Assembly: GCA_030295235.1 (NCBI GenBank)
Contig: AP026145.1
Location: 434,001 to 498,000, forward strand
Direction of reading: 5' to 3'
From: Fistulifera solaris
Taxonomy: Eukaryota
Length of the DNA stretch: 64,000 bases
Positions 49,154-63,610 of this stretch are shown here, one piece after another. How positions within the stretch are numbered: position 1 is the first letter of the stretch; every line of letters begins with the position of its first letter. The notes beneath the pieces were generated by a model. That model was not told the DNA's origin. It worked only from the letters and a program-made list of their open reading frames with translations, and ran no database searches. A program made the position numbers and the translations under genes.

Positions 49154-52100
49154 TTAATGATCATTGCGTCCTTGTTTCAGTTCTTCAGCCTCGGCTGCAT
49201 GCATGTTAAAAACCTGCTCAAGACTAGTCTGACTGACACCATAATCAGACAGACGGAGATTCTCCTTTTCAGTTTCAATGCTAGCAAAGAGCTCCGAGAT
49301 GCGCACGCCTTTGGAGCTGACTTCGTATCTGGCCTTGGTATCCTGGCGTTCACGCAAAACGTAATTAGGGTAGTTGCCCTTCACAAAGTCTTCAACTTTC
49401 TTCATTCGAAGTTCGACAGTTGCGAAGGCGGCAAGAGTGTCCAAAGCCACACCAAAACCAGAAGTCGCATCTTTCCAAACGGCATATCCGTTCGCGTTTT
49501 CTTCGTTGACCATATCAGCCAAAAAATTATCCTGGGTCAATGATCGGAGAGCAGATCGCGCTTCGTCCAAACTATAAAGAACCTCGTGGGGGTTCTCGAT
49601 TGAAGCGTTCTTCACCTTGGCCAGAGACGTTGCATTGGCAACGTAATCTTCGTCCTCGGTAGCAACGATCTTCACTTTTAGTTCCACCTGGTAGCCCTGT
49701 CCGAATTTGTTCTTGAGATGCTGAGCGGAGCCAAGACATCGCAGTTTTCCGTTTGCCATAATTCCAATACGAGGGCACAAAGCCTCGCACTCTTCCATGC
49801 TATGGGTGGTCAGAATGACGCTTGTACGCTCGTTTGCTGGAACATTCGGTCCGCTAACCATGTCACTAACGAGCTGCCAAATTTCTCGCCGAGCAACCGG
49901 ATCAACACCCGTGGAGCACTCATCAAGGAAAACAATCTGAGGCTGCCCAATGGTCGCGCAAGCCAAGCTGAGTCGTCGTTTCATACCGCCACTGTATCCA
50001 GCACTCAACCTGTCGCTATCTTTGTCACTCAAGCCAACCTCCTGCAGCTTGGCAGCAGCTGCTTCTTTACAAGAGCTTTGGGGACACCTTTAATGGACGC
50101 GTAAAGTTCAACATGCTCCCGACCAGTCAAATTCGCGAAATGGGCATCAAACTGAGGGCAGTATCCGATACGGCGGCGAGTTTTCTGCGGCTCTCTGGAT
50201 ACGCTAAAGCCAGCTAAGGTTGCATCGCCCGATGTGGGAGGAAACTCGGCTGTCAACATGCCCATTGTAGTCGTCTTACCGGCGCCGTTCACGCCTGCCG
50301 TGATTTATTAGGGATAATTTTGATAGTAAAGGTTGAGGAACGTTATGATCAATCATCATAGGCACTTCCAACAAAAGAACTTACCTAAAAGTCCGAAGCA
50401 TTCTCCAGCTGGAATACCAAGTGACATATTGTCAACTGCTTTCTTGCCCGTATCGTAGGTTTTGGTGAGTTGGCTGATTACAATTAGGTCATCATTTGCT
50501 TCACCTCGTAGAACTCGATCTTGTTCCTCAACAACATCCGAGTCATCAGGAAGGGTCTTTTCATCAGTCACATTTCCGCCCCCACAACAACGACGACAGA
50601 GAAGAGTTGCAATTACAGCGTTCCAAACTGACATGATTGCCGGATTACTCGACCAAATGTCGAGACAAACCGCCAATACTAGATAGACCACAGATTGAAT
50701 GGCAAGAAATAAAACTTCCAGTCCCAAGATAGGCTCACTGAATGCATTGAGGTTTGCATCCGCTTCCCAGTATCGAAAAGACTCGATATTGATGACATTG
50801 AACAATCCTTTTCCTAAACAGAAATAAGGATTCCAGCGCAAAAACCAAGTTACGACGGACGCAATATCGACCAGCTTAGCATTGGGATCTGTTCGATCTT
50901 CACCAATGATCTGCAAAATAAAAATAGCTAGAGGACCGCCCATACCTAGTGTCACGCGAACAATAATGTGAGAACTCGACAATTTTCTTAAACTTTTGAT
51001 CAAAAACGACAAAAGCTTACCAATCAAGAAACCACTGATCATCAAGAAGATGAAGCACAAACTAGGACTTTTAAATGCATATGACACGCAGTAAGCAAAA
51101 GCCGCGCTTGCAGGACCAAACAAAAAGAGCAACGTTAAGACACCGCCAAAAACATTGGCGGTCCTGGTCGTAAGAACGCCGACATCAAAGGCTAACATGA
51201 GTATCACTGTAATCCAAAGGGGGATTTGATAGTTCATCACATCCCAAAGGAAAGTCGATAACCAATACGCGCTAGGTTCGACACCAGCAACTGTCTGAAG
51301 ATGCTTTGCCTTTGATTCTCTCTCCGCCACAACAAACGAGGCAAAGGCACCGCCAATAAATGGGAAACTGAGAACCACCAGGAACCACGCATTAAAAGCA
51401 TCTTCTGCTTCGCCAAAGCTCTCCTCGTTCTTAGTAATTGGCAAAGGAGCGATCGTGCACTCGACATTAAAGTTAGTATTGCCCAGAGCCTCGCGAACAA
51501 GTGCTTCATCAGCAAGAGCTTGGTAAAGCGGTGCCACGTGAAGTGCTGTGAAGTTGTACTGAATCACGTAGCCTATTCCACCGAAATCTAAACAATCGTC
51601 GGAACTTGTGTAGTTCAACTCGGGAGCCAAACCAATGCAAGCATTGGAAGCTGCCTGTTCGAAAGAGGACGAGTCATCGAGAGTACTAAACTGATCCTTG
51701 GTAAAGAAAATAGCACCGTATTGAGTTGCAGCACTACCACCGACCCCCATAGAGGTAGACAGGGCGATCGATGACTCGCCTACGTCTTCGACTGCGAGGT
51801 CAACACCTTGTGCCCCCGCATCATCGATCTGTGAAATGACAGCACTCGACACTGTAATTGAACATTTTTCTGATCCAGCGAGCCGCCCTTGACCACCACA
51901 GAAAAAGTACGACTCGTTTGTTGTGTCGCTCTCTATCTTCTCTTCCGGATAAAAGCAGCTTCCAGGCTGACAAATAAAGGGATTTTCTGGACTATTAAAC
52001 GGAATTGGATTCCTTAGCTGACTGATGTCCATATTGTAGTCATTTAAATCGAGAACAAGACTGTCCAGATTTCGATCCAACGCGACGAACTTAAAAAGCC

Positions 52101-55100
52101 TGCGGACAACACGAAAAAATCAGCTCAGAGGAAGCAAAGCGTAAGTATTCAATGTAAGGACGACTTACAAGAATCCAACGAACACGAACAAGCTTGGTAA
52201 AGGGTAGTGCAACACCAAGCCTTCTTGTCGCGGCGAAAGAATGCAGCCCTCTTCTTCAACAAAGCACCTATGTGCCGAAAAAGAGACCCTCGTTCTCCAA
52301 GTCCATTCTGGATCTCGCACTCTTGGTGCCTTCATCAGCTAAAGTTACACCATCCATGTGCTTCGACGATGCAAACTCTTTCTTTTCTCCAGTCCCTTCG
52401 CCTCGAGCAACTAACAAAAATACTTCATCTAGCGTCGTGATGCCAACCCCGTAAGATGTCAACGTTCCCCTTTCTATTTCTTCGTCAAGTGCTTTGAACA
52501 TTGGACCAAATTGGGATGCCGCACCGATGGGCAATTGATACGACAACTCAGAACCGACGTTAGTGAGAAGATTAGCATCCGGAACATTACTCTCAACAAG
52601 ATTCATCAATTTCTCGTCGTGCTCTCCCAAACCGACAAGATCCGGAGTAGAGTTTCCCTTGTTCGATTTCACCTTTTCAATCGTAAGTTGATATCCTACA
52701 CCAAAAGTCTTCTTCAAGAAAAGTGAACTGCCGGCACAGCGAAGCTGGCCCTCGGCCATGATAGCGATTCGATCTCCCAAAATGTCTGCTTCGTCCTGTG
52801 GAATGTCGGTATTTATTAAGGAACATACGATGAGGAATCAAATATGCGCACGGCGATAAAGCTCTTACCATGAAATGTGTCGTCAGAATGATACAGCGGT
52901 CACGACGATATTGGCGAATTACGTTCCACGTGAATCGTCTTGAAAAAGGGTCCTGTCAAAACGAAATGATAAAATTAGGGACAAACAAAGTGTCAACAGT
53001 GACCGCAGCAATGATTAATAATACCATTCCACTCGTGGGTTCGTCCAGGAGCACAACTTTACTGCCTCCACAAAACGCCATCGCCACACTCAACTTCCTC
53101 TTCATGCCGCCACTTAGGTTCTTTGAAAGTGTGTTTCTCTTATCAAATAAAGCTACGTCCCGAATAGCTTGATCAATGTGATTTTCAGCTTCTTCTTTGG
53201 TGGATGTGCTGTATAGACCTTTCAATCGCGAGAAAAATTGTACATGCTCTCGAACAGTGAGATCAGGAAAAAGACAGTCGTGCTGCAAGCAGATACCGAT
53301 ATCCTGTCGAATGGCCAACATGTCGGAACGAATATCTTTTCCAGCAATGATAGCATGCCCCGACGTGGGTGATAGCGCTCCTGTGAGCATGCTGATAGTA
53401 GTGGTTTTCCCAGCACCTAAAGAGCAACAGAGTAAGAACTTTTAGAAGTCAAAGGAAGTTCGCGGTGCAACGCGCTGTCCAATCTTACCATTGTGTCCAA
53501 GTAAGGCTGTGATTTGACCACTGTACATGGTCAAATTCAGTCCGTCGACAGCCACTTTGTCGTCAAACTTCTTCACCAGGTTCTTGATCTCTATGCTCTG
53601 CCCTTCTGCTGACTGACGCTTTAAAGCTTCACCGACCGGCTCAAGAGGTATATGCTCACTAGCTGCATTTCCGTTCGCCTCTTCACTTTCATGATGCGTC
53701 GACTTCCTGCCAGGGCACCAATACGATGATGTGAACGGGAAATACAAGGGTTGTGCCTGTCCATAGTCCGGACGAATGACACGGTTCAAATACCATGAGA
53801 GGATCCCCCAAATGATAACATCCGCAAACAAAGAGTTTAAGGCCTGACGGAAATTGTATCCCGACTCCAACTCACTGAAATCAATTGAGTTGCTGGAGAT
53901 ACCGATTCCTAAATCCTCAAGGCGGCCGATCTCTTGCAAGCCAAAAGAAAAAGCCACGACCGGGTGCAACCCAACGAGACTCAACACAGAACCACTAGAT
54001 GTCGTATAATCGACCGAAATAGAGATAAAGTACCCCGCGAGAAAAAGAAGAACCCCGATAAGAACCGCCCTCGTTGTCTTGGAAGTAACAGCCGCAAGTC
54101 CCATGCAAAGGTGGTAATCGCTGTAAACGTGTACAACCAGAAAATCCACATGAAGGTATTATCCGAGTTCTCGTAGACTTGGTTAGCAACAATCGCTGTC
54201 AGCGTAGCAGAAATGATGTTGAAAATGAAGAACGACGAGAACCAAGACCACCCGATGTCCGACTCCGCAACACTCATCATCTTCATAAGCTCCTTCTGTC
54301 GCAACTCCTTTTCCTTGACAATGTAGCTAATCATACTTGACACAGGGTACAGCATACCGAGCACAATAAGAAGAGGAGCAAAGGCTGGAACCAATTTATC
54401 AGATGCCACAACAGAAGTCAGAAGAAGTAATTGTGCGTATCTACTTACCAGCAATCGCGCCGTAGAATCCTTCTTCCTCGTATTCTCGCGTCGGGAACGG
54501 CACATACTGCACACCCGACTTTGAAATCTTGTAGCCCGCCGCCGCTGCACCCGTCTGATCCAAAATAAAGTCTCCCACCAAGCGTTGAAAGGTAAGCACT
54601 CCATTGTATGCGTACTGTCCTGTGCACGAGTTGCCTTTCTCTCCCTGCTCGGCAGCTCCATCCAACGGAACACAAGGCTCATCGTCCGTCTTGGCAAACG
54701 AAGCAAACTTAGTGGTAGTGTCAGGCGTCGTGGCCACCGCAGGACGACCTTCGGCAGTGGGGTTGTTGAAGTTCGTCGAGTTTTGGCGAAGTTGGTAGCG
54801 ATAGTTGTCTGGGTCATTTCCTTCAAACACTATACCCATTGCCAACTTGGGAAAGCCAGTTTTGCCGTAGTCGGGCGACTTTACATACTCATCCATAGCC
54901 AAGGTACTGTTAAAAAGTTGAACCAAGTCAAACGGCACCGGAATCGCTTCCGTGTCGGTCAAGACGGGGTAACGACCCAAAATATAATCTTTCATCAACG
55001 AAGCTCGCTCGAGGCCACCCTCATCGGTTCCAGAAAGGGCCACAATAGCAAACTCACAATATTGCAAGCCATCTTCTCCGTCGGACTTGCAGTTTCTGTT

Positions 55101-55617
55101 TCATAAAATTAAGTGAGGTTGATCCGATATCAAAGATGCCGAATGTCTAAACACACCGAACAAGAGAACTAGATACCGAGGATCGCATTTTATCATCGGC
55201 ACTTGCCAACTGTAGGCTTGCATCGGCATACCGGTAATGTCGAAGTAGGCATAATCAATGTTGGTGGAAGGATCCGTCACACTTTGCCCTTCACAAACAC
55301 GCTTGGCTTGAAGGGCCGTCACGTAGTCGTCAAAAGTGAACGGCGTGAAAACATCCTCATTCGCTGGAAAGAAAGCAGCAACCGTTTCCGGCATAAAGTT
55401 ACTCGTGCCTTCCACAGCGCTTTTGATGCCCAACAGAACACCGACGAATCCCATGGGGAGTGCCAGTTCGAGCAGCTAAAAAACGAACGATGAGAGGGTC
55501 GGATGGATATTCTCACAACAGCGACCTCGCAAGGAAACGTACCGTCGCCAGCCAATGCCGCTTGCGGTACACCAGGTTGCGCCGCATGAGGGCGAACCAG
55601 GCGCGAGAGAAGATCAT
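49154..55617 (-). CDS. ABCA family full transporter, multi-exon, several apparent frameshifts
   Basis: Start [37 protein letters not shown]1 [43 protein letters not shown]2 [37 protein letters not shown]. Confidence 0.95.
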
Positions 55618-56280
55618 AACAGTGTTATCACTTGTCCTGAAAAGGTGTCACTGACGATTCGTTGCGGATACAATGGTGCGGTGCGAACGATGATATTTTT
55701 TTTTATGGTGTTGTCGTTTTCAAAAGACTGCGCGAAGTACGAATCAAAAGCATCGACAAAAGATCGCTCCACTGCGTTGCGAATGACGATGAAGTAAATC
55801 ACGGAATTCCTGTGTGTTCCAAGTTCCGTGTTCCAACGATAAATGACGTAAAGCGTAGAGCTACAGTCTGTACTATAGACCAGTTACTTTCGGTGCGCTA
55901 TTATACATGTGTGTGTACAGTGCAACGTCACTCTGACTCAATCTATAATAAATTCGGATGTCACTTTCCTCTTGTTTCGATATACTCAATTTGAACATAT
56001 TGGAAAGTGTACCTGACCACAATCAGTGAAAACGCTGCAAGCTGAAAAGCGCGCCGAAGGCCTAAGGTGAGAAGGCTAAGGCGCAGCCAACAAACATCTA
56101 GACTATCGAAACACTGCAGCTTTTACGTTTTTAGCCTACTTTACAAGTCAGGTAAACTCTCACAATCCGACCTCCACAATCAATGGATCTAGAAAGTTGG
56201 TGATTGGATCTTGCCCGGAACAAACAAGATACAACACGACACCATTACCAGTATTTCTCCAAGGTCGCATCCGTTTCCGC

Positions 56281-58823
56281 TCATCGTCGCGGGAAGAACA
56301 TGCCCACAAATGCGTTCCCGAAACCCCAGAATGCGCTCAACACGTGACCGTTCATAATGGCTATCAAAGCGTCCAAAAGATCGAACGTGAAATTACCTCG
56401 ACTGAAGGCGACAAGAACACGAAGCGGCAAATTCTCCACGTTCTTGCGCACCATGAGTAGCTGGCGATTCCTCGAAGAACCTTGCGTGATATCTTTGGAT
56501 GCCTCTCGGTACACAATTTCCAGCAAAATCCATCCAATCATACTTTTGAGAGCTGTCTCTTTCAGTAGCGAGTTGCGATGGAAATAAGACTCAAAAATTT
56601 CAGGAGCCGGTAGGCAAGAAAGCAACAGTCTTTTGGCAAAGTCAGGTCGTCCAGAGGACTTATCGTGGCGACAGATTCTGGCGGATACGCCTGTTGCGCC
56701 TGGATGCTCGCCTGTAACACACCACTTGCTAAAACGACTTGTCCTCTTAAGCGAATGTCTCGACTACTAGCACCGATCTGAATTTCGAATACCCCATTCT
56801 CTATTACCCAACCAGGAACGCCGATATCATAAAACGAAAAGGCGTCTGCCGTCAATATCATTTTGATTTCCTTTCGTTCACCGGGATTCAGGCTGATTTT
56901 TACGAAATCCCGCAACTCGTGGACTGGTCGATAGACTGTAGATTCTATATCTGAAACATAGCATTGCGCGACTTCTTTCCCAGCCATGAGACCCGTATTC
57001 GTCAGCAGAAATGATAACTCAACCATTGGATGGCGGTCGTCTCCGTTGACCACGCTGGAATCATTGAGCACCTGCAGTCGCAGATCTGAGTATTCGAAAG
57101 TGGTGTAGGAAAGACCGTGACCAAACGGATAAAGAACAGGTTTCTGCGCCGTATCAAAATATCTGTATCCAACGTTAAGGCCCTCTCGATATTCCACGGT
57201 AAATTTCGTTCCAGGAAAGAATGTATCACAAGGGATGTCAGAAGCGCTCACGGGAAACGTTTCTGCTAACTTTCCACTCGGGCAATCTTCACCGAAAATA
57301 AGATCAACGAAAGCTTTACCACCGGCCTCTCCCAACAGATACCCCTCCATGATAGCTTGTACTTTATTGTACCACGGTAATTCGAGAGCTCCACCATTGC
57401 TTAGTAGAACAACCACATTCGAGTTAACTTTGCAACATGCTTCGACTAACGCATTATGCTGAGCAGGAAGCTGCAGGTGTGTTCTATCAAAACCTTCGGA
57501 CTCCATTATTTCAGGTAGGCCTATGCACAGCAAGACTACTGACGCATTTTCGGCAACTTCAATGGCATCGGACAAGAACTCTTCGTGGACGTCTTCCGGA
57601 TGATCGTCATCCGCTTCGTAGCCCTTGGCAAAATCGATATTCTTCGTAAACTTTTTCAAAGCATCCAATACAGTAACAACTTTTTCCGACTGAACCGCGG
57701 AGCTTCCCATACCTTGATAGCGGGGATGTTCGTTCGCGAAATCGCCTATCACACCAATCTTTAGGCTTTCATCGCCTTTTGGAAGGGGGAAGCATATTGT
57801 TTTCGTTCCGTAGTAGCACTACCGACTCTTTCGCAAGACGCAGCGCCATGTCAAAATGTTTTCTGAAGTCAATCGGATTATCCAGCGCAGCCATAGCGTC
57901 TGATTCGTACGTTGACGGTGCATATCTTTGTATCAGATCCAGTACACGCATTCCGCACTCTCTCAGGTCGTGTTCGGTGAGATCGTCGTCAGGAGACGAC
58001 AGCGCTCTTTTAGGTCCCGGTTATGAACGCCGTAACTTCCAGGCATCTCAAGGTCGACCGTAGCTTTAATACCTCTTGCTCTATCATTAGTAGCGCCCCA
58101 ATCAGTCATCAAAACACCACCATAGAGCCACTCGTCTCGTAGAATAGTTCTATTCAAGTAACTATTCTCACTGCAGTACACACCATTCACCTTGTTGTAC
58201 GCACACATAACCGTGGAAGGATTTGCCTTCTTGATGACGTACTCAAAGTGACGAAGATAAAGCTCGCGCATGGTTCTTTCGTCAACGACAGCATCGACAA
58301 CGAAGCGATGTGATTCTTGATTGTTGATTGCAAAATGCTTGATGCAAGCACCTACTTTCCCCGATGCTTCGACGCCTTCGACGTACGCAGCGGCCATTTT
58401 TCCAGTCAAACACGGATCTTCACTCCAATATTCAAACGACCTTCCCCCAGCTGGATGGCGCTTCAAATTCATTCCCGGCCCGAGCAGTATTTGAATATTG
58501 TAGTGCAGACATTCCAGGGCCAGAGCTTCCCCGAGTTCTTTCGCTGCCTCTTGATTCCAACTGCACGCCAGGGCCGATGCGGTTGGGAAACACGTCGCCG
58601 GATGCGATTCTCCCAGTGCCAGCGGATTGATGGGTTTTCGAACGCCATGGGGACCGTCGGAGACCGCGATGGTCGGTAGACCAGGGAGCTTACACAAGGT
58701 CCACAGCGATGCCCCCGAGACGACCGAAAACTGTTGTTTCTCGTTCAATGAAATCCATGTGCGCTCCGAAACTGTTTGCCCAGCTCCTTCTTCAAGCTTC
58801 TCTAGATCGTCTGCGGAGCTCAT
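56281..58823 (-). CDS. Glycoside hydrolase family 3 beta-glucosidase with Fn3-like C-terminal domain; ~3 apparent frameshifts
   Basis: SDGPHGVR, ATCFPT, GRSFEYWSEDP, KHFAINNQE, MCAYNKVNG, MTDWG (nucleophile), ESEGFDR, PSGKLAETFP, YREGLNVGYRYFD, YPFGHGLSYTTF, GASSRDIR. Confidence 0.95.
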
Positions 58824-59174
58824 TGTATGAGAATACTACAATGCTAGAAAGAAAGAAATATAACTCCGACAATGCCAAAAAATCATTGTGGCCGACACGC
58901 CCGCGATAGTAAAAGCGCGTTTTAGGCATCCCATGGTGGATTAGAGATCAGGGTTACCTTGTTCTTGAAAATAGTAATCTACACTTTAGGTTTATAGTGC
59001 ATAAATAGCATTTCAATGCAAGCCTTAGCAACGCCGAAAATGGACGAGTGCAAATCAAATGCAGCTGAAGTAATTGCATTGTAAGAGTGATACATGTGTC
59101 TGACGAAGCTTGCAGAAGAGATAATGAAAATGTGGTAGCAGAGCATCTAGAATATAATATTATTATTTATTGAC

Positions 59175-59197
59175 TCATGACTGAAATGCAGTCGTGA
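59175..59197. repeat. Solo family B dyad head
   Basis: TCATGACTG-AAATG-CAGTCGTGA, 9 bp arms with one mismatch, preceded by TATTGA as in the 15 kb copies. Confidence 0.75.
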
Positions 59198-59287
59198 CGG
59201 AAAGTCGCATAACTAATACGGAGTAACAAATAAGCCTCACTAGAGAAAAGAACAAAAAACCTTCTGTTTAAAGTTCAGCGTCTCAGT

Positions 59288-62200
59288 TTAGCTCTCGATA
59301 CCGCCGCCCGAAAACACTTTTCCACCTTTTAGGAAACCAGCTAAAGTACTCATTGGAGGCTTCAATCGATCGGGCATGAACTGGACTTGCAACGAGTTAA
59401 AAGCGTATTTGGCCTGCCCTACATTCTTTTCGCAGATCGGTAATCGCGTCCCGTGTATTCTCATCATACGAGCATCATCCAGCGTCGTGTCAACCAAACT
59501 ACCACCGTTTCCATTTACTTTACTCAATTGTCGGAACCGCGTTCCAAACTGGGCTTGTTTGTAAGTCATGTGCATAGCGGTTCGATCCTTCCCTGACTTG
59601 CAAAATACGATACCACCACCTCCAAGTTGTTGCGCCAACGTTGCTGCCTCGTCGACAATGTCGTGGTTGATCCGACCAGCAGAGCTCATAATGTGTTGAT
59701 AAAGAGTTTCGAGCATAGGGTGGACTTGTTGCGTAGCAGGGGGAATTGGGTTTATTGCTGGTGATATCAGGTATGCATACGCATTCAATTTTTGGAATGC
59801 CTCACTATTCAATTGAACCAAAACGTCGTCGTCAGTAACGCCTTCGTCATCATCTTCGTCTTCAATAAGGCCTCCCTTTGGCTGTTCTGGTGGTGGTTGA
59901 AGAGACACGTCACCGGTCTCGGAATTCACGGAAATATTCCTATTTTTCCATTTTTCTTCAAGCGAGCTCTTCATATTTGAGCCGGCATGTGCACCCCATT
60001 GTCGAATCTTTATTGTCAATAGACGCGTGTGTGAGAGCTGTGTAGAAAAACGCAGGTAGCATAATATGACAAACTTCCACTTACATCAACCCCAACTTCG
60101 AACAAAAGAGGAAAAAACCTGACGGCAGTGCCTCCTTTCAACTCTGCTGGAATACGCTGTTCGAAATAAGATTGAACGATACCAATCTGCACTGTAAACT
60201 CTGTTTCCGGGTGCGTTCCAGAAGGGAGTATCGCAAGCCATTTCAAATAGGGAGAGTCAACGACGGATACGGAATCTGCGATTGGAGGGGCGGAGCCATC
60301 GTCTGAGACAAGCATCACTTTCACCATTCCCAGCATCGCAATTCCTACTGAAGCGTCCTCGATCATTCCCAATTCCTTTCCCGCTGCACTTAGAAGGCCT
60401 TCAAAAGAGACAAGAAATCCATGTTTCGCCCACAAGTCGGGCCACGCAGATTGCATTTTTGCGGGATCACTCACATTGGACAAGTAACACGATAACGCTG
60501 TTCCAAGTGCCTGCGAAAAACATGCCGCCCTCCGAGATGCACACGTCCAAGTAATGTGATGAAATGACTGCACCGCTTCGCAAAGTCTCGAGCGCATCTC
60601 AGCTAGCTCTGGGTGACGGGCAGGTACGTGCGTTACCGGCGTTGTGGTTGCTACTTGTCGTCTTTCAACAAAGTAGTTCGCAATACCCATTGTAAGCGCC
60701 GTCTGAAGATTCGTTACAAGAATAGCAATTTCCTGTCTTTTAGTCTCTAAACGACGCAAGCCACCAGATACTGGACCCACCGGAGATGGACCGAGCACGC
60801 CAGCCGCTCGTGCAGCTGCTGCTTCTTTGCTGTTCTCCTTCACATTGGGGAATATATTTCCAAATCCTCTGGCGTGATCCGACGGCGCGCCGCAAGAAGT
60901 ATTAAAGAAAGCACCACTGACGGATGGATCTGTTCCCGGAGACTGCGACACAATTTTATCGGCTTCAAATACACTCAGACTCATGCTGGAAGTGTGAACA
61001 TTAAAAGGAATTCCCGCTAACGAAACTTCCGAACGACTCGACGAGGGTCGGAAAGGTCGAGGTGATTTATCTTCATGCGGGGGTAGCCTTTCAGGCTCTT
61101 GTTGCCGCGTTAGAGCTTCTTTGTATTTTTGCGCGCGTTCTGCCCACATGTTGACATCAGGGGCGCGGGCATTCTCCATATGGCTTTCCATGTATGCTTT
61201 CGTTACAAATGTTCCCATAGTGGCAATTTGCTGCTTTCTTCGTTCGCGGTCTGGATTAAACGGCATGGACGCTTCCAAAACTTCATCATTGTAATCTAAC
61301 GATGGAATGGTGAATTCCAGTAAACGTGGCAGACCCATCAGAGCGACCAATCCTCCCGTAGCAGGAGTCACCGGAAAAGGGGTCTTATCCATTCCCTGCA
61401 TTTGTAAAGTTATGGTGGCCTGAAAGGTTCCCATGGGTTGTCCAACAGCGTCGAAAAGCGTGCATTCTTTCAGAACACCTGTACCAACATTAGAATCAGC
61501 CAACAAGGTGTCCAGAGAGACCGTTGCATCCCAAATAATACGTGGCTGATGGGGATGAATTGTCCAAACGAGCTGGAAATGCAAGTTGCCAAGGAAAAAG
61601 CCATTCGCAGGAAACGTGCCCCCATGAGCTTGCAAAAATCCGGGTAAAACTCCCTCCTTACAGGGTTTCGGATAAAAGGTTATGCTCGGCTCATTTCCGG
61701 TGGCTGGCATGTACATGGGATTACCCAGCTCCACTTCAAAGATAGAATCGGGTCGTTGCCACGATACTGTCAAAACAGGAGGGTTCGTCATGGACAACGG
61801 ATTGCAACGATAATCGCCGATACGGATATCACAGCGACCGTAAGGAGCATTGGGAGGAAGTACGTCATGACGAGACTGTGCAATATACGTCGTCACAGAC
61901 TGACCATGATGCCACGATACCTGACAGGCTTTGTGGCACAATTGAGCGACCGCACAGGCCACTGGTAGTACTACCGTTGATTCCGTAGCACGTTCCGTAC
62001 CGACCAAAAAGGAGGAAGCAGGTTGCGATGGGACGCCGAATGCGTACGATTGATCCAACGTCAGATTGAATCGGTGACTCGACGGAAGCGGGTCCACCAA
62101 CGACCAACCGTTCCCACAAAGGTGCGGGAATTTCAAGTCGGGGAGCATGAGCACACTCACTTGACCGTCCACGACCCAGCTCGAGTGCAAAGGAGCACCT

Positions 62201-62889
62201 GCAATATACGTCGAGGGCTTTATCGCGACAGGACAGGATCCCAAAAGATAGTTTTTAGCCGCTTTGGTCTTTTCCAGCCACGATGCTCCGCTGCGGATCC
62301 ATAATTTAATCACGGCCTGCGTCAAACCCGCCGGAACCACCAAAGGTATCACAAAACGCATTCCTTCTGCCGTACCTGTGACCGGATACGGAATCGATTC
62401 GGTCATGCTGATGACTTGATCGTTGGCATCATAAAGACCAGCAGTGACCATGTCGGGATTTCTCCCCTTATCCGCGCGTATCGCCAAATTTGTCATTCCC
62501 CGTTCCAACTTTTCGGTCGTTGATTTCGCCACCTTTTTCAAGAAGCCTTTGAATCCTTTTCTCGAATCGGAAGTGGTGGGAGTATCTATCTGCGGCGCGC
62601 TTTCCTGACTTAGAAATTCAAAGGGATTCTCGGAACCGTCCGCAGAACCTGGTGACGGAGCCGGAGGAGGAGCCACTGTGGTCGACGACTCGGAGAACTT
62701 GGATGTTTGACTGAGAATATATTCTACACCTCCTGGTAACCAGCAGTTGTTGTTGGTACGCACAAACAAAAACACCCTATTGGTGTTGTATTGTTTTTCC
62801 AGGGTCGACATGGGCGAGTATGCCTTGTTTCCCGGCGCGGAGTCTACCGAGGAAGCCAATGACGCGGCGGATGGCGCTGCTGACATCAT
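59288..62889 (-). CDS. Inositol polyphosphate 4-phosphatase (INPP4)-like protein, 2 exons
   Basis: CX5R catalytic motif CKSGKDRTAM, GFLVSFEGLLSAAGKELGMIED, KNVGQAKYAFNSLQ; intron at ~60015-60082. Confidence 0.85.
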
Positions 62890-63610
62890 GATTTGAGAAA
62901 TAGGGCTCTGAAATTAACGAGTAAAAGCAATGCCAACAAGATTCACGCAAATGCTGACAAAGGGACCTCGTGTATTTGCTGACACTAAACTTCCGTTAGG
63001 AATTGTCTAAAAGTAAGTTGAACAATTTCTAACTCCCAAAAGTGAGCTAAACTAGCGTAAATACTATTTCGGAAACGATACAGATAACAATACAAAAAGG
63101 AACGATCGGCACTTCCTCTCCTTTGCCATCAATGTGAAAGAGGCGAGGAACGGCGAAAGGCGCAAAGCGCCGCAATAAATAGACGAGGATGGATGACGTC
63201 GCTGCGTTTCAGTTTCAGAGCGCAGTCCGTTGAAATGCCGGTACGACAAGGAGTATATGATGTGAAAATTTTTATTTATTGTCTACCAGAAGGTGACGTA
63301 ACAGAAAAACTGATTCTATTCCATTGTTAAAGACTGCCTCTTAGGTGCGTCCAAAGTTCTATGCCATAAGGTCTCTCTAGTTCAGAGCCATTCTCTTGTC
63401 AAAAAATGCTAGACTGCATGTCCTATTCATATCTTGTTCCATAAGTCAGAAAGATCGTGTGACAACAGTTGCTGAGTATGTCTCGTTGAATTAGCCGTCA
63501 TAGGATTTACATTGTCGCTTCCTTGTGAGGAAATGAATCATCAAACTTAGAGTAGGCCTACTTGCCCGAGTACCACATTGCGTGCCTCAGAGTTTCGCCT
63601 AGTAAACAAC

